Position numbers and translations under genes: made by a program. A stretch of DNA of 64,000 bases from Candidatus Krumholzibacteriota bacterium. GTDB lineage: Bacteria > Krumholzibacteriota > Krumholzibacteriia > JAJRXK01. Shown here one piece after another: positions 55,564 to 64,000 of the stretch. The stretch is taken from positions 704,001 to 768,000 of the forward strand of contig CAVXTH010000006.1 of the NCBI GenBank assembly GCA_963764625.1. Direction: 5' to 3'. Numbering within the stretch: position 1 is the first letter of the stretch; each line of letters starts with the position of its first letter. The notes under the pieces are model-generated. The model searched no databases. It was given only the letters and a program-made list of their open reading frames with translations, and was not told where the DNA came from.

Positions 55564-56244
55564 CTAGGAGCTGCTGATCTGAGCCCGAAGAACCTCGATC
55601 TTGGTGTTGGCCTCTTGCTTGGTCTGGAAGTCGTTGCTTCGCGACAAGGGCAAGAGCACCGCGATCGCCTCCTCGCGCCGCCCCAGCTTTTCCAATACGC
55701 GCGCCTGGGCAAAGCAAGTTTCAGCATAGAGGTAATCCTCGGGCTTCAACTTCTGCGCCAGCGCGCTCAACTGGGCCAGAGCCTCCTGGTTCTGTCCGGC
55801 TCCTTCAAGAGCAAGGCCCAAGCCAGACTGCGCGCTCAGCGCGTAGAAGCCCTTCTCGTCCTTTTCGAGATAGTCGCGAAAACTTTGGATCGCCGCATCG
55901 TTCTCCCCGAGAGCGAGATGGCAGGCGCCGGCATAGTAGCGGGCGTTCTTGCCCTCCTTGCGGCTCCCGAAGCGCTGGATGAGGTCCTCCAGGGTCAACA
56001 GGCACTCGCTGTAGGAGCTGGCGCTGTACTGGGTCGCGGCCTGTGCCATGAGGTGCGCCGCCTCCTGGCGGCTGTGGAGCTGGGTCTGGCGGAAATAGAC
56101 CGTGCCCAGGACGCCGGCCGCCACCAGGACAACCCCCAGGAACACCCTCAGAAAGTTGTTCTGCAGATAGCTGTAACCCTTTGCTACGTTTTCTGAAAAC
56201 GCATCATGCCGGAGTTCCTTCTTCGTGAACTTGCCCTTCGCCAC
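55564..56244 (-). CDS. YfgM-like membrane-anchored TPR protein
   Basis: KKELRHDAF, single TM, TPR repeats. Confidence 0.8.
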   Translation of the reverse strand: MAKGKFTKKELRHDAFSENVAKGYSYLQNNFLRVFLGVVLVAAGVLGTVYFRQTQLHSRQEAAHLMAQAATQYSASSYSECLLTLEDLIQRFGSRKEGKNARYYAGACHLALGENDAAIQSFRDYLEKDEKGFYALSAQSGLGLALEGAGQNQEALAQLSALAQKLKPEDYLYAETCFAQARVLEKLGRREEAIAVLLPLSRSNDFQTKQEANTKIEVLRAQISSS

Positions 56245-56357
56245 GACATCAACCTCCCCGGCCTATCTGCCGGTTATGACTTCAGTTCCACGGGATCCGC
56301 GGAAGCTTAGTGGGTTGCGGAGGGCCGGTCAAGGGGGCCCTCCGCCGCGAAAACCTC

Positions 56358-56431
56358 TGCCCCAGAGAGGACTCGAACCTCCGACACCAGGTTTAGGAAA
56401 CCTGTGCTCTATCCACCTGAGCTACTGGGGC
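56358..56431 (-). tRNA. tRNA-Arg(CCT), CCA not encoded
   Basis: GCCCCAG/CTGGGGC acceptor, CAGGT-TTCCTAA-ACCTG. Confidence 0.95.
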
Positions 56432-56447
56432 CCAAGGCACAATCCGG

Positions 56448-56960
56448 CTAGTCATAGACCAGCAGGGAATGAACCGGCCACGCGAGCTGGTCTCGTCCCT
56501 TCAGCGCGGCCAACTCGATGATGAACGCCAACTCCTCCACCTTCGCCCGGGCCTCCTCCACCAGCTCTGCGCATGCCCGCGCCGTCCCACCGGTAGCCAG
56601 AAGATCATCCACGATGATGACGCGCTCGCCTTCCTTCAGGGCGTCGCGGTGGATCTCCAGGGTAGCGCTCCCGTACTCGAGTTCGTAACTGCGCGCCAGA
56701 GTATCTCCGGGGAGCTTGCCCGCTTTACGCACCGGCACGAAGCCCACGCCCAGGCGAAGCGCGAGCGGCGCGCCGAAGAGAAAGCCCCGGCTCTCGACGC
56801 CCAGAATCTTTTCGATGCCGCGTGAGCGATAGCGTGCGTACAGGCGCTCGATACATTTGCCGAACGCGGCCGGATCGTTCAAAAGGGGCGTGATGTCACG
56901 GAAGAGAATGCCCGGCTTGGGGAAGTCAGGAATCTCTCCGATGTACTCGCGAAGCTCCAT
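56448..56960 (-). CDS. apt: Adenine phosphoribosyltransferase
   Basis: PDFPKPGILFRDIT, ESRGF, RKAGKLP, VDDLLATGGT. Confidence 0.97.
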   Translation of the reverse strand: MELREYIGEIPDFPKPGILFRDITPLLNDPAAFGKCIERLYARYRSRGIEKILGVESRGFLFGAPLALRLGVGFVPVRKAGKLPGDTLARSYELEYGSATLEIHRDALKEGERVIIVDDLLATGGTARACAELVEEARAKVEELAFIIELAALKGRDQLAWPVHSLLVYD

Positions 56961-56977
56961 GCTCGTGTGCCTCCGCT

Positions 56978-57652
56978 TCAGTTCCAGCGCAAGTGCTTGA
57001 CGGGATCGACCGCGTCCTGGCCCCTGCGGATCTCGAAATGGAGAGCCGGCTTGCTGCGCTCGATTCCCTCACCCAAGCGCGCCAGTTCCTGGCCCGTGTA
57101 CACCGCTTCGTTGACCTCCACGTAGATGTGCAGCGGATCGCAGGGACCATAGAGGCTGCGCCACCCGCCATCGTGCTCCACCACCACCAGGCGTCCGTAG
57201 CCGCTCAAGTCGCCCACGAAGCGAACCACTCCCTTGTCGCAAGAGAGAATCGGCGTGCCCTCGCGGGCGCGCAGGTCCAGGCCAGTGTGGCGCTGCATGA
57301 CCCTCTCGTGGCGCGTGTCTTTGCGCTCGCCGAAGGAAGCCACGATATCGCGTTTCCGGATGCCCTGAATGGGAAGTTGCCCCATGAACTCTCGCGCTCC
57401 CGTCTTGCTCACGCCCCGCACTCCCGCCAGCACGAGGCGTTGGCCGGGTCGAATGAGGTCGTCGGGCAGATCGTTGGCCTGGCGGATTCTCGAGACCGTG
57501 GTTCCGAAGGCGCGCGCGATTCCGAACAGGGTATCTCCACGTCGGACGTGGACGAAAAGTTCATTGGCGGCTCGAGTCGCGGTGGCCCCCGCCGTCAGGA
57601 GCACGAACAAGACGAGAGAAGAAACCGAATGTCGCCAAGGTGTACCGAGCAC
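56978..57652 (-). CDS. LysM + M23 peptidase-family protein (NlpD-like)
   Basis: VRRGDTLFGIA LysM; HTGLDL, GYGRLVVVEH, LHFEIR. Confidence 0.9.
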   Translation of the reverse strand: MLGTPWRHSVSSLVLFVLLTAGATATRAANELFVHVRRGDTLFGIARAFGTTVSRIRQANDLPDDLIRPGQRLVLAGVRGVSKTGAREFMGQLPIQGIRKRDIVASFGERKDTRHERVMQRHTGLDLRAREGTPILSCDKGVVRFVGDLSGYGRLVVVEHDGGWRSLYGPCDPLHIYVEVNEAVYTGQELARLGEGIERSKPALHFEIRRGQDAVDPVKHLRWN

Positions 57653-57687
57653 CGACCCGCCCTCGCGCTCGCGCGAAGAGGAAGTTG

Positions 57688-57765
<78 letters not shown>

Positions 57766-57781
57766 ACTGAAAACTTCTCTT

Positions 57782-58267
57782 CTACCAAATGTGGATGATC
57801 CCCTGCACCGCCAATGTCACCACGATTCCCGCGCAGCAAACACCCGCGAAGATGGCGGGGATGGCCCGGCGCGCCGGGAGATCAAAGAGATAGGCCGCGA
57901 TCGCTCCCGTCCACGCCCCCGTCACCGGAAGCGGTACCGCGACGAAAAGAACGAGACCCAGAGCGCCGTAGCGCTCCACCACCGCGGCTTTGCGTCGGGT
58001 GCGGGCGAACAGCCAGCAAAAGAACTTATCAAACCAGCGATTGCGCCGCAATGTCTTTTCGATCCGACCCAGGAAGAACAGCCAGAAGGGGATCGGAATC
58101 ATGTTTCCCAGCACCGACCACAGCAAGGCAGGAAGGGGCGCGAGCCCGCCGATCGCGATCGCCCAGGGGATCGAGCCGCGCAGTTCGAGGATGGGCATGG
58201 CCGCGATGACGATGGTGGACAGAGGCTGCGGCAGGTGCGAAGCCCAGTGGAGGAACTCAGCCTTCAC
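57782..58267 (-). CDS. COG2426 small multi-drug export family membrane protein
   Basis: PILELRGSIP, LFVAVPLPVTGAWTG. Confidence 0.9.
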   Translation of the reverse strand: MKAEFLHWASHLPQPLSTIVIAAMPILELRGSIPWAIAIGGLAPLPALLWSVLGNMIPIPFWLFFLGRIEKTLRRNRWFDKFFCWLFARTRRKAAVVERYGALGLVLFVAVPLPVTGAWTGAIAAYLFDLPARRAIPAIFAGVCCAGIVVTLAVQGIIHIW

Positions 58268-58916
58268 CCGCGAACCCTCCTTCTCCCAGAAGCGGGACGA
58301 AGCGACACGCGCAGCCCTCTGCGATGTGGTCCTCCCCGTCCTCGCGCCGCACGATGACGAGGGTCTGCAGATGCCGCCCCCCCACCGGCGCGACCAGGCG
58401 GCCGGGATCGGCCAGCTGCGCCAAGAGCTCCTCGGGCAAGGAAGGCGCCGCCGCCGTCACTAGGATGGCGTCGAAGGGCGCCTCCTGGGGCCACCCGGTG
58501 CTTCCATCCCCCACACTCAGCTCGATGCCCGAAATCGCCAGTTCGTCGAGCACTTGGCGCGCGCGTTGGGCCAGACTCGCGTGGCGTTCCACGCTGTAGA
58601 CCCGGGCCCCGAGCATGGCCAGCACCGCGGCTTGATACCCGCTACCGGTGCCGATCTCCAGGACTCTCTCCCCCCCGGCCAGCGCGAGCGCCTGCGTCAT
58701 GGTCGCCACGATGAACGGCTGGCTTAGGGTCTGTCCTTCCTCGATGGGAATCGCGCGGGGTGCGTAGGCTTCGTCCCACTGCCGCCGGGGCAAGAAGCGG
58801 TGGCGAGGAACTCGTCCCATCACCTGAAGGACTCTCTCGTCGATGATTCCCTGTCCGCGCAGTTGGTGCTCGATCATGCTGAAGCGTTCGCGCGCGAACG
58901 AATTCACTTCTTCCAT
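58257..58916 (-). CDS. pcm: Protein-L-isoaspartate O-methyltransferase
   Basis: VPRHRF, QTLSQP, VLEIGTGSGYQAA, APFDAILVTAAA, FVPL. Confidence 0.96.
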   Translation of the reverse strand: MEEVNSFARERFSMIEHQLRGQGIIDERVLQVMGRVPRHRFLPRRQWDEAYAPRAIPIEEGQTLSQPFIVATMTQALALAGGERVLEIGTGSGYQAAVLAMLGARVYSVERHASLAQRARQVLDELAISGIELSVGDGSTGWPQEAPFDAILVTAAAPSLPEELLAQLADPGRLVAPVGGRHLQTLVIVRREDGEDHIAEGCACRFVPLLGEGGFAGEG

Positions 58917-59674
58917 GCGCCCACCAGGTCTTCTCCATAGACCATCGCCTTGTAATCAGTCATGTCGAGATGAAGGGGAGTCACTGTGATCCAGCCCGAA
59001 CTCAATAGTCCAAAGTCGGTCGTTTCGTCATCACTCTGCGGAATGGGATTGCCACCGATCCAGAAGTACTCCTTGCCCCGCGGATCGACTTTCCGGGTGA
59101 TCACGTCCTGATAGATTCTCGATCCGAGCTTGCACACGCGCATGCCCTTGATCGCGCTGAGTGGCTTGGCCGGAACGTTCACGTTCAAGAGCATCTGTCC
59201 CTGGAGCCCGCGCTCGAGCCATTGGGGAAGGGTGTCCTTCACGAAGTGATCCGCGGTTTCGAACTCTCCTGCGTCGAGCCCGCGCGAGCCCAATGACAGA
59301 GCGATGCTCGGCAGTCCACAGATCGTCCCTTCCATCGCCGCGGCTACGGTACCGCTATAGAGAATGTCCTCTCCCATGTTCGGTCCGTGGTTGATGCCCG
59401 AGATCACGAGGTCCGGCAACTCGTCTTCGAACAGGGCGCGCAGAGCGAGCAGCACGCAGTCGGTGGGTGTTCCGGTCACCGAGTACTTGTCTTTACTGTG
59501 ACGCGTGATGCGCAGGGGCGAGGTGAGGGTCAGAGCATGCGAGCTCGCGCTCTGTTCGCGATCGGGAGCGCACACCGAAATGCGCGCCCGCGGCATCGCC
59601 TCCCTCAGACCAACGTCCAACCGGCGCAGGCCTTCGGCGTGGATGCCGTCGTCGTTGGTAAGGAGAATGTGCAT
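58904..59674 (-). CDS. surE: 5'/3'-nucleotidase SurE
   Basis: ILLTNDDG, GTPTDCV, SGINHGPN, YSGTVAAA, LNVNVP. Confidence 0.97.
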   Translation of the reverse strand: MHILLTNDDGIHAEGLRRLDVGLREAMPRARISVCAPDREQSASSHALTLTSPLRITRHSKDKYSVTGTPTDCVLLALRALFEDELPDLVISGINHGPNMGEDILYSGTVAAAMEGTICGLPSIALSLGSRGLDAGEFETADHFVKDTLPQWLERGLQGQMLLNVNVPAKPLSAIKGMRVCKLGSRIYQDVITRKVDPRGKEYFWIGGNPIPQSDDETTDFGLLSSGWITVTPLHLDMTDYKAMVYGEDLVGAWKK

Positions 59675-59688
59675 GAAAGATCCTCGCG

Positions 59689-60396
59689 CTAGCTGGGTCC
59701 GGCGGGCTGTCGCCCGGGCCTCTTGATCCACTGCCGGGAGCGCCAGAGGAGCCTCATGAAACGAACCGTGTCCACCAGAGGATGGATGGAACTCGCCTCG
59801 TCGTGATACACCGTACTGATCGCCACGGAGGCCACAGGGTAGCCCAAGCGCCCTGCCTTGATCAAGATCTCCGATTCCAGATCGTAGCGGCTCGATTCCA
59901 GCTGGATGTCCGCAAGAACGCGGCTATCGATGAGTCGATATCCGCACTGAGAATCTTCGATTCTCTGGTTCGCGAGGCCGCTCACGATGCGCGACATCAC
60001 CTCGTTCGTGCGCTTGCGCAGCCAGGGCATCCGTTCGTTCTCCGCCATGCGATTTCCCACCACCACGCGGGCCCCCGTCTTCCACGCCTCGAGGAATCGG
60101 GGAATCTCCTCGGGGAGATGCTGACCGTCCGCGTCGAGGGTGAGACAGGCGGGGTGTCCCTCCTGCAATACGCGAGCGAAGCCGGTCTTGAGCGCCTCCC
60201 CCTTCCCGCGGTTTACCGGGTGACGCATGACCTCCACTCCTAGGCGACGCGCCACCTCCGCCCCGTCATCGCCCGAGCCGTCGTCGACGAGGAGAACTTC
60301 GACCTGGGGCCTCAGTTTCAGCAGTCGGGGCAAGAGTTCGGGGAGGTGACGCTCCACGTTGTAAGCGGGGAGAATGGCGAGAACCGAATCAGCCAT
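59689..60396 (-). CDS. Glycosyltransferase family 2 (DPM1-like)
   Basis: LPAYN, VDDGS, NRGKG, DADGQH, DSQCGYR. Confidence 0.92.
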   Translation of the reverse strand: MADSVLAILPAYNVERHLPELLPRLLKLRPQVEVLLVDDGSGDDGAEVARRLGVEVMRHPVNRGKGEALKTGFARVLQEGHPACLTLDADGQHLPEEIPRFLEAWKTGARVVVGNRMAENERMPWLRKRTNEVMSRIVSGLANQRIEDSQCGYRLIDSRVLADIQLESSRYDLESEILIKAGRLGYPVASVAISTVYHDEASSIHPLVDTVRFMRLLWRSRQWIKRPGRQPAGPS

Positions 60397-61237
60397 CGCA
60401 CTCCTCCTCCCAGAGGGGCGTGAACCGGGCCCATTGTTCGGGGTTGCGGGCGACGTGGCTCTCGAGCAGGGACACGATAAACTGCAGAGTCTCTCGTTCC
60501 TTCCCCTCCTCCACCCTCAGGGGCTTCTCGACCCTCAACTCGGTCAGGCTTCCCACGCGGCGCGCGAAGATCGGCAACACTCGTGCTCGTGCTTCCAGCG
60601 CCAGCCGTAGATATCCGTCGGGAAACTTGGCCTTGTGGCCGAAGAACTCCACTTCGCTTCCGCTCGAGCTGAACAGCCGGTCGCACAGCAAGACCACCGT
60701 CTCTCCTCGCTGCAGCGCTTCCAACAGCGGGCGATAGGATCGCCCCAGGGGATGAACGATGATACCCCGTTGCGCGCGCCGTTCGGTGAAGTACCTGGTC
60801 ACGCGCGCCGAAGGATGCTCGTGGGCGACGGTGTGGAAGGGCCCGAGGTGTTGCGCGAGCCACGCTCCCCCCATCTCCCATCCCGCCAGGTGCGCGGAGA
60901 GAATGAGGAGCCCCTCCCCTTCACGCCGGTGGAGGTACTCGCCGCCGCGAACCACTTTGTAGCGCGCGAGAATTTCGGTGGTGCTGCGATGGGGCAAGCT
61001 CACGAACTCATAGACCGAACGGGCGAAGGCCTGGAACACTTCGGGAACCATGAGCGGGTCGTAAGGACGGTCCATCGCCTTCTCGATCCCCTCGAGGTTT
61101 CGCTCCACGATGCGAACGACTTTGGGATGGGTCCAGCGAAAGATCAGTGCGACGGTGGCGGTGATTTTGAGGCCCAGCCAGCGCGGCAGGCGCCCGCTCA
61201 ACCATCCCGCGGTGAGGTACAGAAGCCAGTTGAGCAA
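60389..61237 (-). CDS. Lipid A/PIM-type lysophospholipid acyltransferase
   Basis: [23 protein letters not shown]. Confidence 0.88.
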   Translation of the reverse strand: MLNWLLYLTAGWLSGRLPRWLGLKITATVALIFRWTHPKVVRIVERNLEGIEKAMDRPYDPLMVPEVFQAFARSVYEFVSLPHRSTTEILARYKVVRGGEYLHRREGEGLLILSAHLAGWEMGGAWLAQHLGPFHTVAHEHPSARVTRYFTERRAQRGIIVHPLGRSYRPLLEALQRGETVVLLCDRLFSSSGSEVEFFGHKAKFPDGYLRLALEARARVLPIFARRVGSLTELRVEKPLRVEEGKERETLQFIVSLLESHVARNPEQWARFTPLWEEECDG

Positions 61238-61266
61238 GAGACGCTATCGGCGGCGAGAGGAAAGCT

Positions 61267-61343
61267 TGGTCGGGGCGACTGGATTTGAACCAGCGACCAC
61301 TTACCCCCCATGCAAGTGCGCTACCGGACTGCGCCACGCCCCG
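61267..61343 (-). tRNA. tRNA-Pro(GGG)
   Basis: CGGGGCG acceptor, CTTGC-ATGGGGG-GTAAG, CCA; canonical position after merR-like gene. Confidence 0.95.
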
Positions 61344-61425
61344 ACCAGACGTAAAGAAGACGCCAGGGGAGGGCAAAGATAACATAGCCCCGGCCGAATG
61401 CAAGCTCGTCGGCTGAAGGCTCTGC

Positions 61426-61791
61426 TCAGGACTTCAGTTCGTCGATTACTTGAAGAATGTCTCGAAGTCCCTCGCGCAGCTCCTCGATCAGTGCGTCGCG
61501 GGGGTCCTTCGCCGGTACTTTGGGCCCCACCGCCTCTTCGCGGGCCTTGCGGTCGGCCAAGATGCGACGGGCCCCGTCGATCTTGTAGCCTTCCTCGTAG
61601 AGGAGGCGCTTGATCGCCTTGAGTTCGTCGATGTCACGCTGGCGGTAACTCCGGTTCCCGGCGCGGTTCTTCTTGGGCCGCAGAGTGGGGAACTCCGCTT
61701 CCCAATAGCGAAGCACGTGGGGCTTCACCCCCGCCATCTTGGCGACTTCGCTGATGCTGTAGTAGAGCTTTTCGGGGAGCTCTGCGTTCAT
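61426..61791 (-). CDS. MerR-family transcriptional regulator
   Basis: KLYYSISEVA, PHVLRYWE, GNRSY, LLYEEGYKIDGA. Confidence 0.93.
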   Translation of the reverse strand: MNAELPEKLYYSISEVAKMAGVKPHVLRYWEAEFPTLRPKKNRAGNRSYRQRDIDELKAIKRLLYEEGYKIDGARRILADRKAREEAVGPKVPAKDPRDALIEELREGLRDILQVIDELKS

Positions 61792-62822
61792 TGTTGCCAC
61801 CTCCTCTTCGCGGATGCGATTTCTCGTTCGGAGCGCAGGGCTCGTCCCATGAGTTCGTCGAGGGCTTGGCTGGGATCCCGTCCCTCGTCGAGCACGGCGA
61901 GAACTTGACGACTGATCGGCATCTTGATCTCGTGCTCGTCCGCCAACGCGACGGCGGTGCGCACCGTCGCCACCCCTTCCACCGTCTGTTCGATCGCCGC
62001 CATGGCGGACGCCAGGCTCTCCCCCCGGGCGATCCTCTCCCCCAGAGCTCGATTGCGGCTGTGCCGACTCAGACAGGTCGTGATCACGTCGCCCACCCCG
62101 GAGAGACCATAGAAGGTTTCGGCGAGGCCACCCAATGCCACTCCCAGGCGCGCGATCTCCGCGAGGCCGCGGGTCAAGAGGGCGCCCTTGGTGTTGTCCC
62201 CCAGATTCAGTCCGTCGCACATGCCGGCGGCGATGGCCAAGATGTTCTTCAGCGCGCCAGCGTATTCGGTGCCCACTTGATCGTCATTGGTGTAGATCCT
62301 GAGCCATGCGGTAGACAGCGCCTCCTGCACGCGTCGCGCATGCGCGGATTCTCCTCCGGACAACACGACGGCGGTGGGGAGCTGACGCGCCACCTCCTCG
62401 GCGTGCGAGGGTCCGAGCAGCGTCATCTGCCGGGCGGGACTCAGGTCGAGAGTCTGCCGCATCACTTCGCTCATGCGCCGGCCCGTCGTTTCCTCCAGAC
62501 CCTTCGCGACGCAGACGATGAGTGATTCCTCGGCGAGTTCTTCTTCTTCGAGGCGCTCGCAGAGTTCCGCTACGGCCTTCGAGGGCACGGCCAGAACCAG
62601 CACGCTTGCGCCGCGCACGCACTCAGCCAGCGAATCGCTCGCGCGAAGCCCGCGGGGTAGCTCGACCCCGGGCAAGTACCTCTGATTCTTTCCCTGATTG
62701 ATTTCCCGCGCCAGCTCGTTCCGTCGCGCCCAGAGCCTGGTCTGGTGCCCCGTGAGGCGTGCGCTCAGCGCCAGGGCCGTGCCCCACGACCCCGCCCCCA
62801 GGACCGCGACCGACTCGCTCAC
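61788..62822 (-). CDS. gpsA: NAD(P)H-dependent glycerol-3-phosphate dehydrogenase
   Basis: GAGSWGTALA, KGLE, GPSHA, ALKN, GDVITTC.S..SRN. Confidence 0.97.
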   Translation of the reverse strand: MSESVAVLGAGSWGTALALSARLTGHQTRLWARRNELAREINQGKNQRYLPGVELPRGLRASDSLAECVRGASVLVLAVPSKAVAELCERLEEEELAEESLIVCVAKGLEETTGRRMSEVMRQTLDLSPARQMTLLGPSHAEEVARQLPTAVVLSGGESAHARRVQEALSTAWLRIYTNDDQVGTEYAGALKNILAIAAGMCDGLNLGDNTKGALLTRGLAEIARLGVALGGLAETFYGLSGVGDVITTCLSRHSRNRALGERIARGESLASAMAAIEQTVEGVATVRTAVALADEHEIKMPISRQVLAVLDEGRDPSQALDELMGRALRSEREIASAKRRWQQ

Positions 62823-63451
62823 GACCACAGAGGTTTCTCCTCCCCTCGGCGCAGACGGCGCAGGTTTTCTCTGTGACGCAAGAGAATGAGCGCTCCCAGC
62901 ACCACCGACGCCACCAATGTCGCCCAACGCGGCTGGGAGTCGGGATGACTCAGGGTGTGCACCAGGAGGGTGACGGGAAGAGCCGCCGCGGCCGCGATGC
63001 TGGCGATGCTCATGATGCGAGTGCTCAAAAGCAGAATGAGCCAGATGCCGAAGGCGGGAATCGCGCCCCAAGGGGCCAGAGTCAAGAAGGCGCCGGCCGC
63101 GGTCGCGACTCCCTTGCCACCGCGAAAGCCCACCCACGGGCTGAAGGCGTGACCGAGAACCGCGCCCATCGCCGCCGCGAGCGCCAGTGCGTCCCCGGTG
63201 GGACCCATCACCGCCAGGCGAGGGGTCAGCGCCAACCAGACCGGAAACGCTCCCTTGAGGAGATCCACCAGGAGCACCATGCTGGCGGTAAACGGTCCCA
63301 GCACCCGGAAGGCGTTCGTCGCGCCCAGATTGCCGCTGCCCTCGACCCGCAGGTCGACTCCCTTGCGGCGGCCCAGCAGATAGGAGGTGGGAAAGGAGCC
63401 ACAGAGGTATCCGGCGAGGAGGGCGATGAATACGGCCAGCCAGGGATTCAT
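62819..63451 (-). CDS. plsY: Glycerol-3-phosphate acyltransferase PlsY
   Basis: GSGNLGATN, DLLKG, GH, FRGGKGVAT, RHRENL. Confidence 0.96.
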   Translation of the reverse strand: MNPWLAVFIALLAGYLCGSFPTSYLLGRRKGVDLRVEGSGNLGATNAFRVLGPFTASMVLLVDLLKGAFPVWLALTPRLAVMGPTGDALALAAAMGAVLGHAFSPWVGFRGGKGVATAAGAFLTLAPWGAIPAFGIWLILLLSTRIMSIASIAAAAALPVTLLVHTLSHPDSQPRWATLVASVVLGALILLRHRENLRRLRRGEEKPLWS

Positions 63452-64000
63452 GTTCGGCTTCTCTCCTTTTCGCGGAGGGTGATCCGGATACGGGTGCCGG
63501 TGAACCCCACCGCCTCGCGGATGCGGTTGTTGAGATAACGCAAGTAATTCCTCGGGAAATAGGCGCTCCGGTTGACGAAAAGCGTGAAGACCGGAGGCGC
63601 GGTTCCCGTCTGCGTCGCGTAGTAGATCTTCCCGGTGCCCCGCTGGTACATCGGGGGAGGATTCTTGCGCTTCGCCGCCTCCAGTATGCTGTTTAGACGG
63701 CTTGTTTCAACCGTTTTCTCACGTTCGCGCGCGAGCTCCCAGGCCATTTCTAGAATTCGCCCGGTACGAGTGCCCACCAGGGCGGAGATGGAGACCACCG
63801 GCGCGTAACGAATGAAGGCCAGATCCTCGTGGATTCGATCGGTGAAGTGTTTGAAGGTCATCGTGTCCTTCTCGATGGCGTCCCACTTGTTCACCGCGAT
63901 GAGCACCCCCTTCCCCGCGTCGTGAATCTCGCTGGCCACCCGCGCATCCTGCGCCACCACTCCTTCGGTGGCATCGAGCATGAGGACGGCGACGTCGCAG
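63448..64000 (-). CDS. der: Ribosome biogenesis GTPase Der/EngA, C-terminal part (5' end outside window)
   Basis: VNKWD, SISA, KIYYATQ..PP.F, YLRYL.N.IRE..GF.GT. Confidence 0.95.
   Translation of the reverse strand, partial: CDVAVLMLDATEGVVAQDARVASEIHDAGKGVLIAVNKWDAIEKDTMTFKHFTDRIHEDLAFIRYAPVVSISALVGTRTGRILEMAWELAREREKTVETSRLNSILEAAKRKNPPPMYQRGTGKIYYATQTGTAPPVFTLFVNRSAYFPRNYLRYLNNRIREAVGFTGTRIRITLREKERSRT

Noticed and set aside
54962-55717. 251-aa minus-strand ORF spanning dif
   Set aside because: Off-frame overlap with the DUF4870-like and TPR genes, Arg/Gly/Pro-rich, and it crosses the dif site

Overview
High-GC chromosomal core region of a diderm bacterium. LptE, a PorV/PorQ-like barrel, a short Bacteroidetes-like sigma70 and a sigma54-type dnaK promoter point to an FCB-group lineage (inference only). 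The window straddles the replication terminus: a clear XerC/D dif site lies at 55060-55087, almost all genes to its left are on + and all genes to its right are on -. In order it contains: the end of a glycosylation cluster with a CrtE-like prenyl synthase; tRNA-Gly/Cys/Leu; two glycosyltransferases; dnaK; a short sigma70; moaD/E; tRNA-Val; thrS-(L20 leader)-infC(ATC start)-rpmI-rplT-pheST; zapA-6S RNA-ymdB-folD-ispA-dxs-nadK-recN; trpEGDCFB without trpA; tRNA-Arg; a ~19 kb PEP-CTERM/exosortase-exopolysaccharide locus; lptE-holA-trxA; dif; and a minus-strand housekeeping block from der to apt with three tRNAs. The exosortase locus holds a diguanylate cyclase, nucleotide-sugar enzymes, Wza/Wzc, a PorV-like barrel, exosortase, EpsI, a TPR lipoprotein, a priming transferase, a Cys-rich sensor kinase with an apparent N-terminal frameshift and a sigma54 activator. 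No CRISPR array, integrase or transposase was seen. The best candidate for an undescribed system is this sigma54/c-di-GMP-linked exosortase + PorV-like surface-glycan locus. Product calls rest on motif recognition by eye, not database searches.
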